From Laetmonice hystrix (taxonomy: Eukaryota), in the NCBI GenBank assembly GCA_965235115.1, contig OZ249439.1:22940001-23004000 (forward strand): 64,000 bases of DNA. The letters run 5' to 3'. Shown here piece by piece: positions 11,371 to 23,800 of this stretch. Every line of letters starts with the position of its first letter. Position 1 is the stretch's first letter. The notes beneath the pieces are model-generated. The model ran no database searches and was not told the DNA's origin. It saw only the letters and a list, made by a program, of their open reading frames with translations. A program made the translations under genes and the position numbers.

Positions 11371-11868
11371 ACAGCGGAACAGGTGCGTGTCACATGCTGT
11401 GGAGGACGCCACATGATTGGCTGAGCATTAACCTCACTACCAAGCAACTGAAGTAAACAGCGCATGGCGGACATCGTTCCTCCGATGTGGAGGTAGTCAT
11501 TTTGTATACCATGGAAACTGTATCTCCTAATCATAATTTGCACATGTCAGACCAGAAGACACATCTTTGACTCTGTTTAGAGAGTTTGCATACATGTTCG
11601 TGGTTGTGTTGTGGAGAAATACTGTTCATTTTTAACGTCCGGTGTAAGTTTACGGCCACGGAACACAAGCCCGGACTACCCCGCCCCGCCCTGCCCACGG
11701 CCCGGACCCCGGCCACGGTGCCAACGTACCCAAGGAATTTACCGATACAACCCAGTCCCAGGTTTGGGGGGCACAAACTGGAGTCAGTGGAATAGCTCGA
11801 GGTGTCCATCTTCTAGGAATATCAGACAAGGATTTTAGGATAACAATCTTATACCGGTACTCATCATA

Positions 11869-14800
11869 ATGTCCGCTGACATGATGCGGTCTTTTGATCC
11901 AATCAGAGCGAATGCATATTCTGATGGTAAGTCAGTCCTTTACTCGGGGTTCTTTACTCGTACGGTACTTTACACTTTAGTGGACGGCTTTGCCTTTGGT
12001 CAGTCCAAAAATTAAAATGGACAAAATGGACTTGTTTGTTTAACATTACGCAGTGGTTATAAATTAGTTTGACTGTCTTATTACCGCCACAAAACAATAT
12101 GTTTGGGTTAGGGTTAAGGTTAGGCCTAGGCTGGCTAGGCCCTGAGTTCATGTTATTTTATTTTCTGTTTCACATCCTTTTTTTCCAGATGTCAGGTTTG
12201 ACCTTAGCCCTTCGAAGAGTGTCAGTCGTTCATCAACCATTGACCTGGAACCAACCGAGGAGGTGCGAGATAATCCAGAGTTGTCCCTGGACAGGTTCCC
12301 ATCCAAAGACTGGGAATTAGATCTCCGACCTTTGATTTCCACGAAGAAATGGCTACTGAACTATGGCCTAAAGAGGAACCGCCTGGACATGTTTCACATC
12401 CTTCCTCAGATTGGATTTAAACACAGTGATAGTAAGTACTTAGCCAAAACTGGCATGAATTATTTATCTTAGTCATACACATGTCGACAGAGTAAGTTAG
12501 CGGTACTGTCTGTAGTAATTATACCTTATAAATGTTTTGTAATTTGTAATGATGTAAAATTCCTAATCCTGAGCTTTAGCCATCTATCCATGTAGCAAGA
12601 GTCATCAACATGTTTCTTTGTTGTCTGTGCCAGAGATATCATTAAGATATGCGCAATTATTTAAATTTAGATTGTGGCCCCACATTTTAAAACATAACTG
12701 TATTTATAATACAATGGATGAGGAAGTCTTATCAATAACTGCACACACAGGGCTAGAAAAAAAGTCCAACTTTTGATAATTAATTAGCCCACGGATAGCA
12801 ATGCATTTACCAGGCCCATGGAAGTACATGTACCATTATCACTCATTTATAAGCCACTCTGGACTGTAGATAAGCTGAGCTATAGGGCCAGGTCATAGTC
12901 CCTGAAGAAATCTTTAGGCTGGTGTTGACCCTAGGTAGAACATAGCCTACAAGGTGACAGGCCCCATGACACCTCAGTTGTGTGGATCTATAAACATTTC
13001 AAGCCAACTGCTGCAATCACAGCTACAGCAACTGAGCATGCAAACTTATGACCCTAGTGTTTAAAAATTAAGTAAGGAATCTATTTAAATGTTGATCAAT
13101 GCAAGACAAGCTGATTGCAGCTTTAATTCCATGTATAGAGGGCAGGCTTTGCTGTTTAAGCTTGGGTCATTTCCTGGCGAATTTGCGGGAATGGGGGTGG
13201 CAGCTAGGGTGCTAACAGAGGCAGGGCGCTGTCTGACAGCAACAGGGCATTCTTCAAAAGGGCAGGACGCTCTTCAAAAGGGCAGGGCGGGTGCTGGTAA
13301 AGGCAGGGCGCCGCGCCCTGCTATTTTTCACTAGGGGAGGCACTGACTTCCATAGTGCTTCTGTTGTGAAAATCAGCTAGACAGCTACGATTGTTATTTA
13401 TTGGCAGAATGGGTGCACAGTCACAGAGTTTGCGAAAATACCTCGGAAGGGTTGGTACAATGAGAAAGTGACTGCTTGTTACAGACTAGTTGCCCACCAG
13501 GTTTTACCTAGACAAGTGCCGGTAGCCCAACACTTCAAATTGGTTGTCCCGGGTGTGCAGGCAGATGATTAGGCAAGCCTGGACATTGAATCAAATGGCT
13601 TGCCCATGAAATGTGATCTCCGATCTGTGTAGAGGGCGATCGGTTAGATGTTGCCATGTTGTGAAACCCAAACATTGAGGGACCGGGCCAGTCATCATGC
13701 ATGACATGACCCCTTTCACCCAGATAGTCCAGTTACCTTGCATATAATTTGAGACGCCCTAGTTCCCTCCAGCACATACATGTACAATACAAGTTAAACT
13801 GAGCTCTCGTCCAAGCAGTACACCTCCAACTGCTCCTGAACGCAGAGCCTCTCAGACCCGATCAATATTGATCATTGATTGGCTTTCATCTAATCAATAA
13901 TTCCTACCGTGCATTATGTCAGTGATGGCTGTCCATGGAGACAGACTGTGAATAGATTGATCGTGTATTGAGAGGCACGACCCTCAGGAGGGCACACAGC
14001 AGGAGATTTTACAGATTGGAAATCGAATACGATTTATAATGACAAACTTTATACAGAAAAACTTTCACACCTATGTAAGGTTATTGTCCAATCCTGAATC
14101 TAAATGTAAGTGAATTTGTTTGGGACTTCATTTTCATAATAAAATAACATACAGTCAGAATTATCCAAGCATATTTAGAGTGCACAGCAACTTGAAAAGT
14201 GCGTAAATTTTCTGGCCAGGCTTGAAAAGTACTTGACTATCCTTGAATTTCTTATTTCCTGTACAAGAAGTCTCTTATTGAACAGTAATAACTTAATTTC
14301 TTTTTTTTCGTCCCATCAATCTTAGCACTTAATCCAACAGATTGCAACTTAGGAGCCTCCATGTTCATGCTAACATGTTGTCCTGCCAGCAGTGACAAGA
14401 CATGACCATGCTCTCCTGCATGCTAGAATTATCAATGTCATTGTGAGAGGAGCTGCTCAGTGTCAAGCAAGGCTCACAAGTGTCAAATTGCCAATTTTGG
14501 TCAAATTTCCTGTATTATAATTAAAAGCCTTAATACAAGAAGTATATTTGGTACACATAGACTATGTACAGGTAATTTTATTCTCTACATTTATCAGCAC
14601 CTGGAGATCATTATATGTATACCAAAACTATTTTACTGGCACAAGGCCAAGCCCTAGACTGGCACCATTAGGTTGCCATGGGGATAGAATGGTTGGGTTG
14701 CATATTTGCTGGAAATAACCTGATCTCTTGGGAAATCAAGGTTTGGGTAAAAATTTGTCTAATTATTTCTGGCACAGTTGATTCAGACAGTATCGTAATT

Positions 14801-17800
14801 TGTAAGCATTGATTTTAGATTAGTATTTTGTGTCGTATCACCAGTTTTAGATCAGTTTTAGAATATCTGGAAATGTGGGTGAATGGGACCAAGGTTATGG
14901 CCATTAGGTTAGCTAACTTCATCACCATATATGGACTAGAGATTCTGCAACCAGTTGCATTGATATTACATCAAAGGTTAAAATTCCCATAAAGAATGCA
15001 ATGTACATGGGAAAATTAAAAAGAGAATTCATTTAAATGAGTCCATGTCAAATAAATAAGTCACAGAGAAATTTGTTTCTGGGTAGAGTAAAAGTAGAAT
15101 AGGACTCACTTTGTCGTACTCTGTTATGATTTAAATAATGTTTTCATTGAGAGGTGTCAAGTAAATACAATTTTAATGTTGTTTTGATATTAGGGCAGTT
15201 CAAAATGATACATTTAACATTTGTTCAGAAAATCAATACCATGCATACTTTAAAACATACCTCTGCCAGTGTATTTTAATCCTCTTGTATAATTTATAAT
15301 CTGTTGTCAAAACAGGGCTCTAAGCTGAACCTGGTATTTTATCCGCCTTTGTTGAGCTGAGTGCCCCCCCCCCCCGTGGGAGTTAGGGTAATTACTTTAA
15401 TAGTGGCTATATTTGAACTAGCTCAGCTGAACTAGTGTGTGTGTGTGTGTGGGGGGGGGGGCGGTAGTTAAGATTTTGAGGCACTACAGGGTGGCTGGTT
15501 GCTAGGTGACCAGCAATGCCTGCCCTGTCAAGATTACTGATTTACTCTGGTCCCTCAGAGTTTTATGTGGCATTTCTAGACAGGCACAGAATCACAATTT
15601 AAAATTTTTTTTATATGGTTGGCATGGTTGGACAGAAGGCTTGGTTTTAAAGTTTGACTTGTTGATCTTCCATGGAACGGATTGGGCTTGGGCCTAGTGG
15701 TTAATTACATGTCTCTGTGAGGCGACCCAGCCATATGGCAAACACTTCACTCAGCACTATGTCAACACCACAACTATTGGCTAACAGAGCCATGCCAACC
15801 CCCCCCCCCCCACTCCCCCCTGCCTCCCCCCCCCCCCACCCCAACAACCCCACTCCTCAGGAAGATTGGCTTGTCCGTAGTCCGTAGTGCGGTAATCATA
15901 TAATCATACAGGTGATATTAATTTTTAACAAGGCCACCCTTCACTTGGCACTTCCATCAGTTTACCTACCACGGTCTAAACAATCTAGTCATTTTGACTA
16001 TGGGATATATTTCCTTATTTTCTCCCCTTTTCAGATTATGACACAGCAATAAAAAAGCCAATTTCTTCACGGTATGCTTCGGGGATGTTCCAGAAGTACC
16101 TGCGCTCAGATGGAAAGACATTTAATGTGAGTTCTGAAGGCAGTTCTCCGATACTTTATTATTTCTAATCCTTTTTTATACAAAGGTTTTCTCTAATTAC
16201 TTGGCTAACAACTATAAAGCTATTATAAGATATCAAAGAGTATATCACATTACTCCTTATGATCTTTTGTCCTAAATTTTTTGTAGTGAACAGAAAAAAA
16301 GGCAATGTGAGTTTTTTTCTGTGATTGTAGGTGTCCTGCAGCAAGGACAAGTTACGTCAGTTGGAACAACGTCTTTCACAGGCTATCAGTCTCTATAAAC
16401 GCCGCCTCGACTGGCTTACCTCTGAAAGCAGACGCATTTTCGGAGTGATTGAGGAAAAAAGTATTTGCATAGTTTTAGACATAAAGAATATGTCGCCACA
16501 GCAGTTTGATCAATACCGCAGTGCCCTGGAACGTGTCATTAAGGAACAAGTGTCACGATTGGCAAAATTCAACATTATCAGGTAAACATCAGGAATCAGT
16601 GAATAAGTTCGCTGTTCTCCTAAAACTTTAAATTAAAAGTGATTTTACTGGTGGACATAGGTAACCTATGTACCAGTATTTGAATATAATTATAAGCCTT
16701 TATTTTAACCTCTTCAACCCTTAGTTCTGCGATGCTTAAAATAGTCATCGTCTTTTTGGAAAAAAAACATGATCTGTGCCAGTCCTGGGCCCGGTTTCTC
16801 GAAACATCTCAAGGCATACTTAAGTACCTTATGCTCAAATTGAGCACGGAGGCGTTTCTCGAAACTTTTTCACGTACTTAAGCATGTGCTCAACGGCCTG
16901 ATTCTGAGCATGCTACCATAGCATGCTCAACTCTGAGCACCATTATCTGAAATTAAAATTAACTCATCTTCCACACTCCAGTTAGCAGTCCTCTTCCTTC
17001 CTTTCCCAACTTTGCCCTTCATGAGTGTCTTTGTGAAATAATAATGTGAAAAAACGACCGCAAAAGTCGGCAGGAACATTTGCAAGTCGTGTATGAAAAT
17101 ACGCGCCAGCCAGACAATCGCTCAAACAACTTGACACACTTATTGTTATTGTGACGTAATCTATTGTCACCAGTGACGTCGTTCATTGTCGTTAGTGACG
17201 TCGTTCATTGTCATCAGTGACGTAATAGAATCTTGCATTGTCTAGAGTTGAGAACGGGTTCTCAAGCCTGAGATGCTTGGAGAAACGGCTAAGAACCGCT
17301 GAGTACGCCATTGAGCACGCCAGTTGAGCATACGCTCTCAAAAATCCTTGAGATGTTTCGAGAAACCGGGCCCTGACCGCTCATTTCTAGGGGTTCATTT
17401 GAGGTGTGATTTCCCAAATACCCAAGTACGGTAACAAAGATTTTTTAAAGAAATTATCTGTAGCTAATTTTATTGAGATAAGAGAAGAATGCATGGATAG
17501 TTTTGATGTCTTGCTGAAAGTTTTTCTGTTCAATTTTCTTTTGCAGAGCAACAGAAGACGTGAATGCCTATGTAAACGAGTGTGTTCCGGTAACGTCAGA
17601 CAGCATAAACGGAGCAGTGAAGTGGCTGTGGGAGCTGAACCGGACTGACCCCGTATCAAACACGTCAACCTGCGAGGCTGTGCTCAAGGCTCTTAACAAT
17701 CCCCATGTATGGAATTCTTACCGACAAATATGTTTTGTAACCAGAGTTCATTTATATTTATTAGATAGAGTATCATTTGAAAAACTGCAATTTTATCAAA

Positions 17801-20800
17801 AAGTTAATTCAGCGCAAGTTTGCTTTCCATGATTTTTGGAGCTCTGGAAGTCTGTCGAACCTCAGAGATTAGCATTATGGTTTGTATCGTGATATACATG
17901 TACATAGATGATTTTAGTCACGTCTAGCAGTGAAAAGTCTCCTTGTTTGTACGTTCCAGGTTGATGCAGTGTACCTGTTTACAGAAGGGTCATCCAGTGA
18001 CAGCTCGCGGGAACTTCTCAAAGAAAAGGTTCCAACACCTTTCTTTCTTTCTGTGGTCTATTTTATGCAGTGTCACTGTTATTTATGGTTTGGAACAATT
18101 ACCATGTTGGCCGACAGGGACCCCCTCAAAAAATTCTGAGTCTGACGGTGTTTTGCAACCCAGTGGTGATGAAGTGCATAACCGAAAATAAGTTTATTTG
18201 CTAGATGTTTTGGGAAAGAGGGTAGTGTAGGGTAGTAAAGTTTAACCAGTTATAGTTTTAGAAAATCTGATCATGTTGGATTATTTATTTAGATGTTTTA
18301 AAATGATAATGGTGTATGTTTCATACAGTTAACAGGGGCTAGGTCTCCAGTCCATTTGGTGTCTTTCAACTGTGACAAGTCAGACACCATCAAGTTCCTT
18401 AAAAACCTTGCAAACATCAGTGGTGGAAGGTAGGTGGTTGAAACCAACATTTTTACTTCAAAGTCTTGAAGAATGCTCACTTTATCAAAGACATACTAAC
18501 TTACCGGTACTTACTTACTGGTGAAGAGCTGAAAAGATTTTGCATCTTCTTTAGAATTTATGAATTCTCATATTAAGATTAAACACATCACAGCATGAGT
18601 GGACATGGTGAAGCAGGGAGTTGTAATTTATGACACAAGTCCTACATTAAAACAAAAGAGCTTTAGTAAAACAATCATGAATTGTTTCCCTGTGCCCTGC
18701 CCCCTTTAGTGAAATCCTATATCTGCCAGTGCTCTCTAATCCGTACATCTTGATCACATGGTAGCCATTATTAATTCATTCGGCAGATTCCATGCCTATG
18801 CTGTGGTGATGGAGATGGACTCCTATGAAACAAGTGGCAAAGACCCGTTTGCCAGCCAGGCCAACATCCTGCTGCGGAAGAAGACATACGGTGGCGTTCC
18901 GCCTGGAGCAGGGATGCGGGAGGACGTGATCGAGCTGTTTGAGGAGCTAGAGGAAGCTAGAAACACACTGGGACAGATCCAGAGTTTGATCACCGAAATG
19001 CCTGACTCAAGGGTCAGCATAGGTCAGTCCAACACAGCCACGCTCTCAACAAATAGTGTTCATAATCATGAGACTCGTTCAAAGGATTCGTGACTTATCA
19101 CTTTCTACTCCCAGCAGGTGTTAGCAATATATTCAGTGGCATAAATTACGCCAGTGGTAACTAGGAGGTTTAACAAACACGAACCTGAATGTTCTGGTCG
19201 TTTTTACGGCAGAGACAACCCCTTTCGGATTTTGAAGTTAATAAACCGTAATTAGTGTACAATGTATTGTCATTTTCACATTGCAGCTTCATTTCCTTCA
19301 CCTGCTCAGTCAGTAGGTTAGTAACCGTAGAAACATAATTTACATCATTGTCTGTTGTGCCATTGCATGTCTATTGGTGAAGTGATAACATAATTTACAT
19401 CATTGTCTGCTGTGCCATTGCATGCATGTCTACTCTTCAAATTATTTTCTTTAAATTTGTTTAAAACAACTCCACTAAAAGCGTTACTACAAGCACTGTC
19501 TGTGATACTTTACGTTGTGTTATCTTGTAATCAAACTGATTTAAGTCTGACAGAAGATGATCCTCTTACTTATGACTTGTTCTAACAAATTCTCGTGTAT
19601 AACAGTTTTATCTCATCCTGTTGTGCATGACCTTTCTAATGGAGCTCAAATGTTATAATCATTTTTTAGTCATTCTTTCTCTCTCGTTCTTTCATTCAAG
19701 GTAAAGTTTTTGCTCAGTTATATGAGCAGAGTAACTGAATCATTACACAGTAATTTTAAATCTGTTTCAGAAAATGTCAAGATATCAGGTGATCACAGTG
19801 ATAGAAGTGAGACATACATGAGCTCGAGGGAATGGCTGAGTAAATATGGACTTCGAGCCAAGAAACTTGGATTTTACGATGTGCTGGCCGGAGTTGCCTT
19901 TAAACATCGTGACGGAGTTGTTGAGTTGAAACATGCACCAGATGATGAGTTTCAAACAGATGCTGTGAGTATTCTTGCATGGAAATTGAATTAGTTTGAG
20001 ATTTTTTCATGATTATATTTTCATGCAAATTATGGTTCGGCCAATTAAAATGAGATTTTTCTTTAATTTCCCAAATTGATGCCGAAAATTGTTTGTTTAC
20101 AGGTGAGGCAGGACAAGTTGGTGAATGCCCGTTACTGTGACAAGTTTCCGTGTGTCAGGTGGAAGGATGGGCAGGTTGTTCATGTTCAAGTCACACCAGA
20201 AATGCACCGTACCTATGAACAACGTGTGAATCTCTGCATGAACGCAATACAGCAACGGTAAGTTAACCAATGGAATGATACATTGGAAATCTATTTTAAC
20301 ACTCAAGGCCCTGGCTGGCTTTTGAATCTCATGAGCCAAAATCTTTTATCAAAATGGCATTTTATGGAGGAGTTGTGTAAATTTACCCAGAAAAAAATGG
20401 TTTTATGTGCGAAAGTCACCAATTGAGAAGAGTTAATTGCTGCTGACTAGGACGCAGTGGTTAGACTGAACCAATATGGTACCTAAGCTAACGTTTTTAA
20501 TAAAGTGCTCTAACTCTTCTTGTTTTACAGGATAGATTGGCTCCAGCAGGGCAGTCGGGAGTTGTTTGGTACAGTAATTGAAGACCAGATCTACATCCTG
20601 ATTGACACGTCGGCCTCCATGGCACCACACATACAGTTTGTCAAGGACAAACTATTCATCCTTATGCAGGTACGTTTTTGGGCAAGTCAGAAACACGGAG
20701 GTTATTTATTCATAATTTTCCATGAATCAATGATGCCGTTTTATATTCATACACTCCAGTAAATATCATAAGGTATATATGTAAGATAATGAGATTGGAA

Positions 20801-23800
20801 ATGGACAAGAAAGTAGAAATGTTTATTTTCCATCTTTTCAGGAACAATTACGTCACAAGCAGAAGTTTAACTTGATTGCCTTTGATAGTAAGGCCGTGGC
20901 CTGGCAGTCTCGAGTGGTCGATGTCAATGAGAAAAACCTTCATTTAGCCTGGCAATGGATCAAGGGACTGAGCTGTCGAGGGTCGACCAATACCATGGCG
21001 GCCCTAAGACATGCACTGAGTGACCCCCAGACCCAGGCTGTGTACCTGTTGACTGACGGCCGCCCAGACCAGGTGAGGGAAATGTGATCACAGGTCGTGC
21101 TGTAATAAATTCAGTTTACGGCAGCACGTTAGAGTGGTGGTTTTCTCTCCTGTCGGGGACTGTTAAAGGAGGGGCACAAGTCCTTGAAAATTTTGTCTCT
21201 CCATTGATATTGTTGGAAATGATATAGAATAAACCTGAATACTTGGACTACGCCCTACTCTTATTGATAAGTGGCAAGGGGTTTTCAACACGTAGCAAAG
21301 TAAAGTTGCGTTGATATAAATTTTGTTCCCATGGATAGCCAGATTCCCTCGGAGTGATCTAGATACATCTGTAATGATAGTTGTCTTGACTTTGCAGCCC
21401 CCCAAGTCGATTCTTGCCCAGATACAGCTGCATCCTCAGGTGCCCATCCACACAATCTCCTTCAACTGTTCAGACCGAGAGGCCAACCAGTTTTTGTGTC
21501 AGTTGGCCAAGGATAGCTCAGCACGCTTCCACTATTACTCAGAGAATGGTGCTGACCCAGAGGGGCCAGAACCGTGGGAGGTAAGGAATGGCTGACTTTG
21601 CTGGGCTGGATGCTAAATGCCATTTTGTTCTTGATTAAAGCTAAGATTCTAAAATAAAACTAGATCTTTAAGTTTTGCCTTTGTCTTTTGTCTTTTTATT
21701 TTGACACTGTTAAAAGATAATGATAATGTAATATGTTTGAGATATGTGTTGATAATGAGTGCAATACATGTACAGAGTGAAGATATCCGACTGCTAAGGT
21801 TAGAGCTAGAGATGGGTTACCGTAACCTGGAGAAGGTGGCTGTGCTTAGAGATGAGTGTGCTGCCCTCTCATGGCGCAAAGAAGAAGTGAAGAAGAAGTA
21901 AGTTTGAAAACTGTAGCATTAAACCTCGGAAGTTGTCGGAAGAGTCATACTAAAGATCAGATTTATATAAAGGCACATGTTTTTATATCTTAAGATTCGT
22001 GAACTCTAAGCCCACACCTTTCAGGGACATGCATCGGCCGAACATACCACCAAGGGAACTCTTCCGCAGTGAGTTAGAACGACCAGCCAGTGCCCAAGGT
22101 GGACGCTTTGGCCCGGCACCTCTGTCTCTTCGCAGTCCACGAGCCAGTGTCACGAGCCACAGAGGACGAAATACCATGATTCATCGGTCGTCAAAACCAC
22201 GCCGGCCTCTCACAGCAGGTTAGTGAACAATTACCACTAGTGTTCCTTTCTTGGTTTATGTGTTGCTAATTGTAATCCCGGTGAAGCAGTTGCTTAGATA
22301 TTGAGAATACGTATTTCTGGACTACTATTTGAATGTGACTATCCCCAGTAGTTCCCTCTCGTGGCCAGTGGAAGAACCTGAATAGTTTGTCACGTTTAGA
22401 TTTTTGTTCACTATGAATGTAAAAACCCACTATTCTAATTTTTTTAGTTGTATCTTTACCATTTTATGAGCATAAAGATAATTTTTTCTGCGGTAGGTTG
22501 TTGGTTAGCCACACTAGGTGGCGTGGTGTTCGAAGCTTCCAGTGCAGTGCGTTAAGTTTGCTGAATGTTTTCCTGTATGTTCCGACACTCCAGGGTCCCA
22601 GAGGAGCTCAGCCAGTGTTGCAGGTACAAAACTCTCCTTCCCTGATGTTTTCTTTTCATGGTTGCCTCCCCCTCCACATTCAGTTAAGCATGATACAGAT
22701 GGTGTGCCTCACAAAACCAATAGAAACAAAATTTTGTTTTGGAGACTGATTTTAAAAAGAGGTAAAATTGGATAACAAAATCTCAATTTCATAATATTGG
22801 TACCAGTAGAAAGTCCTGCAGTTCATAAAAGAAATTAGTCAGCATTCCGAGGGAAAAGGCAAATCTAGGACATTTATTCGTCCTTAAAGAGTTTATTGGG
22901 GCACACCCATGTTTTAGAGCTGAAACCCCTTCTTTGGTACACTCGGCTGCTATGGTTGTTAATTTAACCCAACATTAACTTTAGATTTAGCATAACTTAA
23001 GCCGTCTAACCCAATATAAGCACAGAATTATTTTTTTTGACAAAGTACAGGTCTCATCACAAAAGACGATATTCCCCTTGGCTGGTGTATCGGCATGTAT
23101 GTGTGCCTGCATGGTGTTTGAAAGTGAAGAAGGGGTACTGTATACCCTGGATGGGTGTTAATGCACATCTCTTTTGTTATTTTAAAATTATTTTCCATGT
23201 GATTCTTGAGTGTGAAAGTTTAAATTTCTAATTATGTAATTTTCTAGAGGATCCTTGATTAAGGTAACGTGCATCAGCATGCCAAAAATGAGAATTCTTT
23301 TATTCGAGTTTATAGTTTAAATAAACATGTGTCTGAGCTGAGGACTTTTTATAAGAATTCGGCAGCCATGGTATATTCTGTACGGGTCGTCATATCTTTG
23401 AGCCAAAGGTTGAAATATTTCCCATGTTCTTTTAGCCATAATTATACCGGTACTTGATGAAGGTACATCATGCTGTCCACTTGGACACATTATTTCATTT
23501 TTAGGTCGACTTGAAGACCCAGGGAAAAGCTTTGCTCTTCTCCCGATCATCTATCATTAACCCACCTGTAAACTTCTCACTTGCAGGATCTCGCCCAGGC
23601 TCCGGCGCTGCAGGTATAGCATCCGCACGGCCTATCGTCCTGGCCTCATCATATCACACCCAAACACATGTCTGACACCCAGAAGGCACCAGTCCCCCAA
23701 CTTCCCATTATTTAAAATATTACAATAAGAAATTCACATAATACAATGACATCTAATCTAAGCGAAAGTTCTTTCATTCGATCCCATCTGAAATTGACTT

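Larger units (their letters stand above)
10099..11518. promoter_or_regulatory. Divergent promoter region between SLAIN (-) and VWA3B (+)
   Basis: Head-to-head start codons 1.85 kb apart. CCAAT at 10099-10103; NF-Y-like ATGATTGGCTGA at 11413-11424; RFX-like half X-box CCATGGAAAC at 11509-11518. CpG-rich near both ends. Confidence 0.55.

Noticed and set aside
10911-11543. Pro/Gly-rich ORFs of 76-181 aa
   Set aside because: Artefacts of poly-C and poly-G tracts.
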